Notes under the pieces: generated by a model | Told to the model about the DNA's origin: nothing | The model's database searches: none | What the model saw: the letters and a program-made list of their open reading frames with translations, nothing else | From: Eledone cirrhosa | Lineage: Eukaryota | Length of the DNA stretch: 64,000 bases | Assembly: GCA_964016885.1 (NCBI GenBank) | Contig: OZ024743.1 | Span: forward strand, 206,088,001 to 206,152,000 | Direction: 5' to 3' | Program-made: the position numbers and the translations under genes | In this document: piece after piece, positions 41,401-56,400 of the stretch | How the letters are laid out: every line of letters begins with the position of its first letter | Numbering within the stretch: position 1 is the stretch's first letter

Positions 41401-44400
41401 ATTATAGCCCCTTGGAGGGCTGGAAGTTATCTTCCCTTGGAGGGCTGGAAATTATCTTCCCTTGGACGGCTGGAAATTATCTCCCCTTGATTTTTTTTAC
41501 AAATTATCTCCTCCTGATTTTTTTTTACAAATTATCTCCCCCTGATTTTTTTTTTACCAATTATCTCCACCTGATTTTTTTAAAAATTATTTCCCCTTGG
41601 ACGGCTGGAAATTATCTCCCCTTGGACGGCTGGAAATTATCTCCCCTTGGACGGCTAGAAATTACCTCTCCTTGGACGGCTGAAAATTATCTCCCCTTGG
41701 ACGGCTGGAAATTATCTCCCCTTGATTTTTTTTACAAATTATCTCCCCCTGATTTTTTTTTACAAATTATCTCCCCCTGATTTTTTTTTACAAATTATCT
41801 CCTGATTTTTTTTACAAATTATCTCCGCTTGGCTGGCTGGAAATTATCTCCCCTTGGAGGCTGGAAATTATCTCCCCTTGGACGGCTAGAAATTACCTCT
41901 CCTTGGACGGCTGGAAATTATCTGCCCTTGGACGGCTGGAAATTATCTCTCCTTGGACGGCTGGAAATTATCTGCCCTTGGACGGCTGGAAATTATCTCC
42001 CCTTGGACGGCTGGAAATTATTTCCCCTTGATTTTTTTACAAATTATCTCCCCCTGATTTTTTTTTACAAATCTCCCCCTAATTTTAAAAAAAATTATCT
42101 CCCCTTCGCTGGCTGGAAATTATCTTCCTTTGGACGGTTGGAAATTATAGCCGCTTGTAGGGCTGGAAATTATCTCCCCTTGGACGGCTGGGAATTATCT
42201 CCCCTTGATTTTTTTACTAATTATCTCACCCTGATTTTTTTTTTCAAATTATCTCCGCCTCATTTTTTAAAAAAAATTATCTCCCCTTGGCTGGATGGAA
42301 ATTATCTCCCCTTGGACGGCTGGAAATTATCTCCCATTGATTTCTTCTACAAATTATCTACCCCTGATTTTTTTTTTACAAATTATCTCTCCCTGATTTT
42401 TTTTTACAAATATCTCCCCTTGGCTGGCTGGAAATTATCTCCCGTTGGCTGGCTGGAAATTATCTCCCCTTGGACGGCTGGAAATTATCTCCCATTGATT
42501 TTTTTTACAAATTATCTCCCCTTGGCTGGCTGGAAATTATCTCCCCTTGGCTGGCTGGAAATTATCTCCCCCTGAAATTTGTTTACAAATTAGCTCCCCC
42601 TGATTTTTTTTTACAAATTATCTCCCCCTGATTTTTTTTTTACAAATTATCTCCGCCTGATTTTTTTAAAATTATCTCCCCTTGGCTGGATGGAAATTAT
42701 CTCCCCTTGGACGGCTGGAAATTATCTCCCCTTGGAAGGATGGAAATTATCTCCCCTTGGACGGCTGGAAATGATCTCCCCTTGCACGGCTGGAAATTAT
42801 CTCCCCTTGGACGGCTAGAAATTACCTCTCCTTGGACGGCTGAAAATTATCTCCCCTTGGACGGCTGGAAATTATCTCCCCCTGATTTTTTTTACAAATT
42901 ATCTCCCCTTGCACGGCTGGAAATTATCTCCCTTGTCTGGAAATTATCTCCCCTTGGACGATTAGAAATTATCTCTCTTTGGACGGCTGGAAATTATCTC
43001 CCCTTGATTTTTTTTACAAATTATCTCCCCCTGATTTTTTTTACAAATCTCCCAGTGATTTTTAAAAAAAAATTATCTCCCCTTCGCTGGCTGGAAATTA
43101 CCTCCCCTTGGAGGCTGGAAATTATAGCCCCTTGGAGGGCTGGAAATTATCTTCCCTTGGACGGCTGGAAATTATCTCCCCTTGATTTTTTTTACATATT
43201 ATCACCCCTGATTTTTTTTTACAAATTATCTCCCCCTGATTTTTTTACAAATTATCTCCCCCTGATTTTTTTACAAATTATCTCCCCTTGGCTGGGTGGA
43301 AATTATCTCCCCTTGGAGGCTGGAATTTATCTCCCCTTGGACGGCTGGAAATTATCTCCCCTTGGACGGCTAGAAATTATCTCCCCTTGAACGGCTGGAA
43401 ATTATCTCCCCTTGGACGGCTGGAAATTATCTCCCCTTGGAAGGATGGAAATTATCTCCCCTTGGACGGCTGGAAATTATCTCCCCTTGCACGGCTGGAA
43501 ATTATCTTCCCTTGGACGGCTAGAAATTACCTCTCCTTGGACGGCTGAAAATTATCTCCCCTTGGACGGCTGGAAATTATCTCCCCCTGATTTTTTTTAC
43601 AAATTATCTGCCCCTGATTTTTTTTTTACAAATTATCTCCGCGTGATTTTTTTTAAAAATTATCTCCCCTTGGACGGCTGGAAATTATCTCCCCTTGATT
43701 TTTTTACAAATTATTTCCCCCTGATTTTCTTTTTTACAAATTATCTCCGCCTGATTTTTTTTTAAAATTATCTCCCCTTGGACGGCTGGAAATTATCTCC
43801 CCTTGGACGGCTGGAAATTATCTCCCCTTGGACGGCTGGAAATTATCTCCCCTTGATTTTTTTTCCAAATTATCTCCCCCTGATTTTTTTTTACAAATTA
43901 TCTACCCCTGATTTTTTTTTACAAATTATCTCCCCCTGATTTTTTTTACAAATTATCTCCCCCTGATTTTTTTTTTACAAATTATCTCCCCCCGATTTTT
44001 TTACAAATTATCTCCCCCTGATTTTTTTTACAAATTATCTCCGCCTGATTTTTTAAAGTATTATCTTCCCTTGGCTGGCGGGAAATTATCTCCCCTTGGA
44101 CGGCTGGAAATTATCTCCCCTTGGAAGGATGGAAATTATCTCCCCTTGGACGGCTGGAAATTATCTCCCCTTGCACTGCTGGAAATTATCTCCCCTTGGA
44201 CGGCTGGAAATTATCTGCCCTTGATTTTGTTTTTACAAATTATCTTCCCCTGATTTTTTTTACAAATTATCTCCACCTGATTTTTTAAAAAATTATCTCC
44301 CCTTGGACGGCTGGAAATTATCTCCCCTTGGCTGGAAATTATCTCCCTTTGGCTGGCTGGAAATTATCTCCCCCTGATATTTTTTTACAAATTAGCTCCC

Positions 44401-47400
44401 CCTGAATTTTTTTTACAAATTATCTCCCCCTGATTTTTTTCACAAATTATCTCCCCCTGATTTTTTTTACAAATTATCTCCTCTGATTTAAAAAAAAAAA
44501 TTATCTCCCCTTGGACGGCTGGAAATTATCTCCCCTTGGACGGCTGGAAATTATCGCCCCCTGATTTGTTTTAACAAATTATCTCCACCTGATTTTTTTA
44601 CAAATCATCTCCGCCTGATTTTTTAAAAAAATTATCTCCCTTGGCTTGCTGGAAATTATCTCCCCTTGGACGGCTATAAATTATCTCTCCTTCGACGGCT
44701 GGAAATTATCTCCACTTGATTTTTTTACAAATTATCTCCCCGTGATTTTTTTTTACCAATCTACCCCTGATTTAAAAAAAAAATTATCTCCCCTTCGCTG
44801 GCTGGAAATTATCTCCCCTTGGACGGCTGGAAATTATCTCCCCTTGATTTTTTTTACAAATTATCTCCCCCTGATTTTTTTTTACAAATTATCTCCCCCT
44901 GATTTTTTTTTTACAAATTATCTCCGCCTGATTTTTTAAAAATTATCTCTCCTTTGCTGGATGGAAATCATCTCCCCCTGATTTTTTTTACAAATTATCT
45001 CCCCTTGCACGGCTGGAAATTATCTCCCCTTGGACGGCTGGAAATTATCTCCCGTTGGCTGCAAATTATCTCCCCTTGGACGGCTAGAAATTACCTCTCT
45101 TTGGACGGCTGGAAATTATCTCCCCTTGATTTTTTTTACAAATTATCTCCCCCTGATTTTTTTTACAAATCTCCCAGTGATTCTTTAAAAAAAATTATCT
45201 CCCCTTCGCTGGCTGGAAATTATCTCCCCTTGGACGCTGGAAATTATAGCCCCTTGGAGGGCTGGAAATTATCTTCCCTTGGACGGCTGGAAATTATCTC
45301 CCCTTGGACGGATGGAAATTATCTCCCCTAGGACGGCTAGAAATTACCTCTCCTTGGACGGCTGAAAATTATCTCCCCTTGGACGGCTGGAAATTATCTC
45401 CCTTTGATTTTTTTTAAAAATTATCTCCCTCTGATTTTTTTTTACAAATTATCTCCCCCTGATTTTTTTTTACAAATTATCTCCCCCTGATTTTTTTTTA
45501 CAAATTATCTCCCCCTGATTTTTTTACAAATCATCTCCCCTTGGCTGGCTGGCAATTATCTCCCCTTGGAGGCTGAAATTTATCTCCCCTTGGACGGCTG
45601 GAAATTATCTCCCCTTGGACGGCTAGAAATTACCTCTCCTTGTACGGCTGGAAATTATCTCCCCTTGAACGGCTGGAAATTATCTCTCCTTGGACGGCTG
45701 GAAATTATCTCCCCTTGGACGGCTGGAAATTACCTCTCCTTGGACGGCTGGAAATTATCTCCCCTTGGACGGCTGGAAATTATCTCCCCTTGGACGGCTG
45801 GAAATTATTTCCCCTTGATTTTTTTTACAAATTATCTCCCCCTGATTTTTTTTACAAATTATCTCCGCCTGATTTTTTAAAATATTATCTTCCCTTGGCT
45901 GGCGGGAAATTATCTCCCCTTGGACGCCTGGAAATTATCTCCCCTTGGAAGGATGGAAATTATCTCCCCTTGGACGGCTGGAAATTATCTCCCCTTGCAC
46001 TGCTGGAAATTATCTCCCCTTGGACGGCTGGAAATTATCTGCCCTTGATTTTGTTTTTACAAATTATCTTCCCCTGATTTTTTTTACAAATTATCTCCAC
46101 CTGATTTTTAAAAAAATTATCTCCCCTTGGCTGGAAATTATCTCCCCTTGGACGATTAGAAATTATCTCTCTTTGGACGGCTGGAAATTATCTCCCCTTG
46201 ATTTTTTTTACAAATTATCTCCCCCTGATTTTTTCTACAAATCTCCCAGTGATTTTTTTTTAAAAATTATCTCCCCTTCGCTGGCTGGAAATTATCTCCC
46301 CTTGGACGCTGGAAATTATAGCCCCTTGGAGGGCTGGAAGTTATCTTCCCTTGGAGGGCTGGAAATTATCTTCCCTTGGACGGCTGGAAATTATCTCCCC
46401 TTGATTTTTTTTACAAATTATCTCCCCCTGATTTTTTTTTACAAATTATCTCCCCCTGATTTTTTTTTACAAATTATCTCCTGATTTTTTTTACAAATTA
46501 TCTCCCCTTGGCTGGCTGGAAATTATCTCCCCTTGGTGGCTGGAATTTATCTCCCCTTGGACGGCTAGAAATTACCTCTCCTTGGACGGCTGAAAATTAT
46601 CTCCCCTTGATTTTTTTTACGAATTATCTCCCCCTGATTTTTTTTTTTACAAATTATCTCCCCCTGATTTTATTTTACATATTATCTACCCCTGATTTTT
46701 ATTTACAAATTATCTCCCCCTGATTTTTTTTACAAATTATCTCCCCCTCATTTTTTTTTTACAAATTATCTGCCCCTGATTTTTTTACAAATTATCTCCC
46801 CCTGATTTATTTTACAAATTATCTCCGCCTGATTTTTTTAAATATTATCTTCCCTTGGCTGGCGGGAAATTATCTCCCCTTGGACGGCTGGAAACTATCT
46901 CCCCTTGGACAGCTGGAAATTATCTGCCCTTGATTTTGTTTTTACAAATTATCTCCCCCTGATTTTTTTTACAAATTATCTCCACCTGATTTTTTAAAAA
47001 ATTATCTCCTCTTGGACGGCTGGAAATTATCTCCCGTTGGCTGCAAATTATCTCCCCTTGGACGGCTAGAAATTACCTCTCTTTGGACGGCTGGAAATTA
47101 TCTCCCCTTGATTTTTTTTACAAATTATCTCCCCCTGATTTTTTTTACAAATCTCCCAGTGATTTTTTAAAAAAAATTATCTCCCCTTCGCTGGCTGGAA
47201 ATTATCTCCCCTTGGACGCTGGAAATTATAGCCCCTTGGAGGGCTGGAAATTATCTTCTCTTGGACGGCTGGAAATTATCTCCCCTTGATTTTTTTTACA
47301 TATTATCTCCCCCTGATTTTTTTTTACAAATTATCTCCCCGATTTTTTTCTACAAATTATCTCCCCCTGATTTTTTTTTTACAAATTATCTCCGCCTGAT

Positions 47401-50400
47401 TTTTTAAAAAAAATTATCTCCCCTTGGACGGCTGGAAATTATCTCCCCTTGGACGGCTGGAAATTATCTCCCCTAGGACGGCTAGAAATTACCTCTCCTT
47501 GGACGGCTGAAAATTATCTCCCCTTGGACGGCTGGAAATTATCTCCCCTTGATTTTTTTACAAATTATCTCCCTCTGATTTTTTTTTACAAATTATCTCC
47601 CCCTGATTTTTTTTTACAAATTATCTCCCCCTGATTTTTTTTTACAAATTATCTCCCCCTGATTTTTTTACAAATTATCTCCCCTTGGCTGGCTGGCAAT
47701 TATCTCCCCTTGGAGGCTGGAATTTATCTCCCCTTGGACGGCTGGAAATTATCTCCCCTTGGACGGCTAGAAATTACCTCTCCTTGTACGGCTGGAAATT
47801 ATCTCCCCTTGAACGGCTGGAAATTATCTCCCCTTGGACGGCTGGAAATTATCTCCCCTTGGACGGCTGGAAATTACCTCTCCTTGGACGGCTGGAAATT
47901 ATCTCCCCTTGGACGGCTGGAAATTATCTCCCCTTGGACGGCTGGAAATTATTTCCCCTTGATTTTTTTTACAAATTATCTCCCCCTGATTTTTTTTTAC
48001 AAATCTCCCCCTAATTTAAAAAAAAATTATCTCCCCTTCGCTGGCTGGAAATTATCTCCCTTTGGACGGCTTGAAATTATAGCTGCTTGTAGGGCTGGAA
48101 ATTATCTCCCCTTGGACGGCTGGAAATTACCTCTCCTTCGACGGCTGAAAATTATCTCCCCTTGGACGGCTGGAAATTATCTCGCCTTGGACGGCTGGAA
48201 ATTATCTCCCCTTGATTTTGTATACAAATTATCTCCCCCTGATTTTTTTTTACAAATTATCTGCCCCTGATTATTTTTTTACAAATTAGCGCCGCCTGAT
48301 TTTTTTTTTAAATTATCTTCCCTTGGACGGCTGGAAATTATCTCCCCTTGGACGGCTGGAAATTATCTCCCCTTGAACGGCTAGAAATTACCTCTCCTTG
48401 GACGGCTGAAAATTATCTCCCCTTGGACGGCTGGAAATTATCTCCCCTTGATTTTTTTACAAATTATCTCCCCCTGATTTTTTTTTTACAAATTATCTCC
48501 GCCTGATTTTTTTAAAAAATTATCTCCCCTTGGACGGCTGGAAATTATCTCCCCTTGGACGGCTGGAAATTATCTCCCCTTGATTTTTTTTCCAAATTAT
48601 CTCCCCCTGATTTTTTTTTTACAAATTATCTACCCCTGATTTTTTTTCTAAATTATCTCCCCCTGATTTTTTTTACAAATTATCTCCCCCTGATTTTTTT
48701 TTACAAATTATCTCCCCCCGATTTTTTTACAAATTATCTCCCCCTGATTTTTTTTACAAATTATCTCCGCCTGATTTTTTTAAATATTATCTTCCCTTGG
48801 CTGGCGGGAAATTATCTCCCCTTGGACGGCTGGAAATTATCTCCCCTTGGAAGGATGGAAATTATCTCCCCTTGGACGGCTGGAAATTATCTCCCCTTGC
48901 ACTGCTGGAAATTATCTCCCCTTGGACGGCTGGAAATTATCTGCCCTTGATTTTGTTTTTACAAATAATCTTCCCCTGATTTTTTTACAAATTATCTCCA
49001 CCTGATTTTTTAAAAAATTATCTCCCCTTGGACGGCTGGAAATTATCTCCCCTTGGCTGGAAATTATCTCCCCTTGGACGGCTAGAAATTATCTCTCTTT
49101 GGACGGCTGGAAATTATCTCCCCTTGGACGCTGGAAATTATAGCCCCTTGGAGGGCTGGAAGTTATCTTCCCTTGGAGGGCTGGAAATTATCTTCCCTTG
49201 GACGGCTAGAAATTACCTCTCCTTGGACGGCTGAAAATTATCTCCCCTTGGACGGCTGGAAATTATCTCCCCTTGATTTTTTTTACAAATTATCTCCCCC
49301 TGATTATTTTTTACAAATTATCTCCCCCTGATTTTTTTTTTACAAATTATCTCCCCTTGGACGGCTGGAAATTATCTCCCCTTGGACGGCTGGAAATTAT
49401 CTCCCCTTGGACGGCTAGACATTACCTCTCCTTGGACGGCTGAAAATTATCTCTCCTTGGACGGCTGGAAATTATCTCCCCTTTATGTCTTCTACAAATT
49501 ATCTACCCCTGATTTTTTTTTACAAATTATCTCTCCCTGATTTTTTTACAAATATCTCCCCTTGGTTGGCTGGAAATTATCTCCCCTTGGCTGGCTGGAA
49601 ATTATCTCCCCTTGGACGGCTGGAAATTATCTCCCCTTGGACGCCTAGAAATTACCTCTCCTTGGACAGCTGTAAATTATCTCCCCTTGGACGGCTGGAA
49701 ATTATCTCGCCTTGGACGGCTGGAAATTATCTCCCCTTGATTTTGTATACAAATTATCTCCCCCTGATTTTTTTTTACAAATTATCTGCCCCTGATTATT
49801 TTTTTACAAATTAGCTGCGCCTGATTTTTTTTAAAAATTATCTCCCCTTGGACGGCTGGAAATTATCTCCCCTTGGACGGCTGGAAATTATCTCCCCTTG
49901 AACGGCTAGAAATTACCTCTCCTTGGACGGCTGAAAATTATCTCTCCTTGGACGGCTGGAAATTATCTCCCCTTGATTTTTTTACAAATTATCTCCCCCT
50001 GATTTTTTTTTACAAATTATCTACCCCTGATTTTTTTTTCCAAATTATCTCCCCCTGATTTTTTTTTTACAAATTATCTCCCCCTGATTTTTTTTTACAA
50101 ATTATCTCCCCCTGATTTTTTTACAAATTATCTCCCCTTGGCTGGCTGGAAATTATCTCCCCTTGGAGGCTGGAATTTATCTCCCCTTGGACGGCTGGAA
50201 ATTATCTCCCCTTGGACGGCTAGAAATTACCTCTCCTTGGACGGCTGGAAATTATCTGCCCTTGAACGGCTGGAAATTATCTCCCCTTGGACGGCTGGAA
50301 ATTATCTCCCCTTGGACGGCTGGAAATTACCTCTCCTTGGACGGCTGGAAATTATCTCCCCTTGGACGGCTGGAAATTATTTCCCCTTGATTTTTTTTAC

Positions 50401-53400
50401 AAATTATCTCCCCCTGATTTTTTTTACAAATATCCCCCTAATTTAAAAAAAAATTATCTCCCCTTCGCTGGCTGGAAATTATCTCCCTTTGGACGGCTGG
50501 AAATTATAGCTGCTTGTAGGGCTGGAAATTATCTCCCCTTGGACGGCTGGAAATTATCTCCCCTTCATTTTTTTACTAATTATCTCCCCCTGATTTTTTT
50601 TTACAAATTATCTCCGCCTGATTTTTTTAAAAAAATTATCTCCCCTTGGCTGGATTGAAATTTTCTCCCCTTGGACGGCTGGAAATTATCTCCCCTTTAT
50701 GTCTTCTACAAATTATCTACCCCTGATTTTTTTTTTACAAATTATCTCTCCCTGATTTTTTTTACAAATATCTCCCCTTGGCTGGCTGGAAATTATCTCC
50801 CCTTGGACGGCTGGAAATTATCTCCCCTTGGACGCCTAGAAATTACCTCTCCTTGGACAGCTGTAAATTATCTCCCCTTGGACGGCTGGAAATTATCTCG
50901 CCTTGGACGGCTGGAAATTATCTCCCCTTGATTTTGTATACAAATTATCTCCCCCTGATTTTTTTTACAAATTATCTGCCCCTGATTATTTATTTTACAA
51001 ATTAGCTCCGCCTGATTTTTTTTTAAAATTATCTCCCCTTGGACGGCTGGAAATTATCTCCCCTTGGACGGCTGGAAATTATCTCCCCTTGGACGGCTGG
51101 AAATTATCTCCCCTTGATTTTTTTACAAATTATCTCCCCCTGATTTTTTTTTTACAAATTATCTCCCCCTGATTTTTTTTACAAATTATCTCCGCCTGAT
51201 TTTTTTAAATATGATCTTCCCTTGGCTGGCGGAAAATCATCTCCCCTTGGACGCCTGGAAATTATCTCCCCTTGGAAGGATGGAAATTATCTCCCCTTGG
51301 ACGGCTGGAAATTATCTCCCCTTGCACTGCTGGAAATTATCTCCCCTTGGACGGCTGGAAATTATCTGCCCTTGATTTTGATTTTACAAATTATCTTCCC
51401 CTGATTTTTTTTACAAATTATTTCCACCTGATTTTTTAAAAAATTATCTCCCCTTGGACGGCTGGAAATTATCTCCCCTTGGCTGGAAATTATCTCCCCT
51501 TGGACGATTAGAAATTATCTCTCTTAGGACGGCTGGAAATTATCTCCCCTTGATTTTTTTTACAAATTATCTCCCCCTGATTTTTTTTACAAATCTCCCA
51601 GTGATTTTTTAAAAAAAATTATCTCCCCTTCGCTGGCTGGAAATTATCTCCCCTTGGACGCTGGAAATTATAGCCCCTTGGAGGGCTGGAAGTTATCTTC
51701 CCTTGGAGGGCTGGAAATTATCTTCCCTTGGACGGCTGGAAATTATCTCCCCTTGATTTTTTTTACAAATTATCTCCCCCTGATTTTTTTTTACAAATTA
51801 TCTCCCCCTGATTTTTTTTTTACCAATTATCTCCACCTGATTTTTTTAAAAATTATTTCCCCTTGGACGGCTGGAAATTATCTCCCCTTGGACGGCTGGA
51901 AATTATCTCCCCTTGGACGGCTAGAAATTACCTCTCCTTGGACGGCTGAAAATTATCTCCCCTTGGACGGCTGGAAATTATCTCCCCTTGATTTTTTTTA
52001 CAAATTATCTGCCCCTGATTTTTTTTTACAAATTATCTCCCCCTGATTTTTTTTTACAAATTATCTCCCCCTGATTTTTTTTTACAAATTATCTCCTGAT
52101 TTTTTTTACAAATTATCTCCCCTTGGCTGGCTGGAAATTATCTCCCCTTGGAGGCTGGAAATTATCTCCCCTTGGACGGCTAGAAATTACCTCTCCTTGG
52201 ACGGCTGGAAATTATCTGCCCTTGGACGGCTGGAAATTATCTCTCCTTGGACGGCTGGAAATTATCTGCCCTTGGACGGCTGGAAATTATCTCCCCTTGG
52301 ACGGCTGGAAATTATTTCCCCTTGATTTTTTTTACAAATTATCTCCCCCTGATTTTTTTTTACAAATCTCCCCCTAATTTTAAAAAAAATTATCTCCCCT
52401 TCGCTGGCTGGAAATTATCTTCCTTTGGACGGTTGGAAATTATAGCCGCTTGTAGGGCTGGAAATTATCTCCCCTTGGACGGCTGGGAATTATCTTCCCT
52501 TGATTTTTTTACTAATTATCTCACCCTGATTTTTTTTTACAAATTATCTCCGCCTCATTTTTTAAAAAAAATTATCTCCCCTTGGCTGGATGGAAATTAT
52601 CTCCCCTTGGACGGCTGGAAATTATCTCCCATTGATTTCTTCTACAAATTATCTACCCCTGATTTTTTTTTTACAAATTATCTCTCCCTGATTTTTTTTT
52701 ACAAATATCTCCCCTTGGCTGGCTGGAAATTATCTCCCGTTGGCTGGCTGGAAATTATCTCCCCTTGGACGGCTGGAAATTATCTCCCATTGATTTTTTT
52801 TACAAATTATCTCCCCTTGGCTGGCTGGAAATTATCTCCCCTTGGCTGGCTGGAAATTATCTCCCCCTGATATTTTTTTACAAATTAGCTCCCCCTGATT
52901 TTTTTTTATAAATTATCTCCCCCTGATTTTTTTTTTTACAAATTATCTCCGCCTGATTTTTTTAAAATTATCTCCCCTTGGCTGGATGGAAATTATCTCC
53001 CCTTGGACGGCTGGAAATTATCTCCCCTTGGAAGGATGGAAATTATCTCCCCTTGGACGGCTGGAAATTATCTCCCCTTGCACGACTGGAAATTATCTCC
53101 CCTTGGACGGCTAGAAATTACCTCTCCTTGGACGGCTTAAAATTATCTCCCATTGGACGGCTGGAAATTATCTCCCCCTGATTTTTTTTACAAATTATCT
53201 CCCCTTGCACGGCTGGAAATTATCTCCCCTTGGACGGCTGGAAATTATCTGCCCTTGATTTTGTTTTTACAAATTATCTCCCCCTGATTTTTTTTACAAA
53301 TTATCTCCACCTGATATTTAAAAAAATTATCTCCCCTTGGACGGCTGGAAATTATCTCCCCTTGGCTGGAAATTATCTCCCCTTGGACGATTAGAAATTA

Positions 53401-56400
53401 TCTCTCTTTGGACGGCTGGAAATTATCTCCCCTTTATTTTTTTTACAAATTATCTCCCCCTGATTTTTTTTACAAATCTCCCAGTGATTTAAAAAAAAAA
53501 TTATCTCCCCTTCGCTGGCTGGAAATTACCTCCCCTTGGACGCTGGAAATTATAGCCCCTTGGAGGGCTGGAAATTATCTTCCCTTGGACGGCTGGAAAT
53601 TATCTCCCCTTGATTTTTTTTACATATTATCACCCCTGATTTTTTTTTACAAATTATCTCCCCCTGATTTTTTTTACAAATTATCTCCCCCTGATTTTTT
53701 TACAAATTATCTCCCCTTGGCTGGGTGGAAATTATCTCCCCTTGGAGGCTGGAATTTATCTCCCCTTGGACGGCTGGAAATTATCTCCCCTTGGACGGCT
53801 AGAAATTATCTCCCCTTGAACGGCTGGAAATTATCTCCCCTTGGACGGCTGGAAATTATCTCCCCTTGGAAGGATGGAAATTATCTCCCCTTGGACGGCT
53901 GGAAATTATCTCCCCTTGCACGGCTGGAAATTATCTTCCCTTGGACGGCTAGAAATTACCTCTCCTTGGACGGCTGAAAATTATCTCCCCTTGGACGGCT
54001 GGAAATTATCTCCCCCTGATTTTTTTTACAAATTATCTCCCCTTGCACGGCTGGAAATTATCTCGCCTTGGACGGCTGGAAATTATCTCCCCTTGATTTT
54101 GTATACAAATTATCTCCCCCTGATTTTTTTTTACAAATTATCTGCCCCTGATTATTTTTTTACAAATTAGCTCCGCCTGATTTTTTTTTAAAATTATCTC
54201 CCCTTGGACGGCTGGAAATTATCTCCCCTTGGACGGCTGGAAATTATCTCCCCTTGAACGGCTAGAAATTACCTCTCCTTGGACGGCTGAAAATTATCTC
54301 CCCTTGGACGGCTGGAAATTATCTCCCCTTGATTTTTTTACAAATTATCTCCCCCTGATTTTTTTTTTACAAATTATCTACGCCTGATTTTTTTTAAAAA
54401 TTATCTCCCCTTGGACGGCTGGAAATTATCTCCCCTTGGACGGCTGGAAATTATCTCCCCTTGATTTTTTTTTCCAAATTATCTCCCCCTGATTTTTTTT
54501 TTACAAATTATCTACCCCTGATTTTTTTTTCAAATTATCTCCCCCTGATTTTTTTTACAAATTATCTCCCCCTGATTTTTTTTTACAAATTATCTCCCCC
54601 TGATTTTTTTTACAAATTATCTCCGCCTGATTTTTTTAAATATTATCTTCCCTTGGCTGGCGTGAAATTATCTCCCCTTGGACGGCTGGAAATTATCTCC
54701 CCTTGGAAGGATGGAAATTATCTCCCCTTGGACGGCTGGAAATTATCTCCCCTTGCACTGCTGGAAATTATCTCCCCTTGGACGGCTGGAAATTATCTGC
54801 CCTTGATTTTGTTTTTACAAATTATCTCCACCTGATTTTTTAAAAAATTATCTCCCCTTGGACGGCTGGAAATTATCTCCCCTTGGCTGGAAATTATCTC
54901 CCCTTGGACGGCTAGAAATTATCTCTCTTTGGACGGCTGGAAATTATCTCCCCTTGGACGCTGGAAATTATAGCCCCTTGGAGGGCTGGAAGTTATCTTC
55001 CCTTGGAGGGCTGGAAATTATCTTCCCTTGGACGGCTAGAAATTACCTCTCCTTGGACGGCTGAAAATTATCTCCCCTTGGACGGCTGGAAATTATCTCC
55101 CCTTGATTTTTTTTACAAATTATCTCCCCCTGATTATTTTTTACAAATTATCTCCCCCTGATTTTTTTTTTACAAATTATCTCCCCTTGGACGGCTGGAA
55201 ATTATCTCCCCTTGGACGGCTGGAAATTATCTCCCCTTGGACGGCTAGAAATTACCTCTCCTTGGACGGCTGAAAATTATCTCTCCTTGGACGGCTGGAA
55301 ATTATCTCCCCTTTATGTCTTCTACAAATTATCTACCCCTGATTTTTTTTTACAAATTATCTCTGCCTGATTTTTTTTACAAATATCTCCCCTTGATTGG
55401 CTGGAAATTATCTCCCCTTGGCTGGCTGGAAATTATCTCCCCTTGGACGGCTGGAAATTATCTCCCCTTGGACGCCTAGAAATTACCTCTCCTTGGACAG
55501 CTGTAAATTATCTCCCCTTGGACGGCTGGAAATTATCTCGCCTTGGACGGCTGGAAATTATCTCCCCTTGATTTTGTATACAAATTATCTCCCCCTGATT
55601 TTTTTTTACAAATTATCTGCCCCTGATTATTTTTTTACAAATTAGCTCCGCCTGATTTTTTTTTAAAATTATCTCCCCTTGGACGGCTGGAAATTATCTC
55701 CCCTTGGACGGCTGGAAATTATCTCCCCTTGAACGGCTAGAAATTACCTCTCCTTGGACGGCTGAAAATTATCTCTCCTTGGACGGCTGGAAATTATCTC
55801 CCCTTGATTTTTTTACAAATTATCTCCCCCTGATTTTTTTTTACAAATTATCTACCCCTGATTTTTTTTTCCAAATTATCTCCCCCTGATTTTTTTTTTA
55901 CAAATTATCTCCCCCTGATTTTTTTTTACAAATTATCTCCCCCTGATTTTTTTACAAATTATCTCCCCTTGGCTGGCTGGAAATTATCTCCCCTTGGAGG
56001 CTGGAATTTATCTCCCCTTGGACGGCTGGAAATTATCTCCCCTTGGACGGCTAGAAATTACCTCTCCTTGGACGGCTGGAAATTATCTCCCCTTGAACGG
56101 CTGGAAATTATCTCCCCTTGGACGGCTGGAAATTATCTCCCCTTGGACGGCTGGAAATTACCTCTCCTTGGACGGCTGGAAATTATCTCCCCTTGGACGG
56201 CTGGAAATTATCTCCCCTTGGACGGCTGGAAATTATTTCCCCTTGATTTTTTTTACAAATTATCTCCCCCTGATTTTTTTTACAAATATCCCCCTAATTT
56301 AAAAAAAAATTATCTCCCCTTCGCTGGCTGGAAATTATCTCCCTTTGGACGGCTGGAAATTATAGCTGCTTGTAGGGCTGGAAATTATCTCCCCTTGGAC

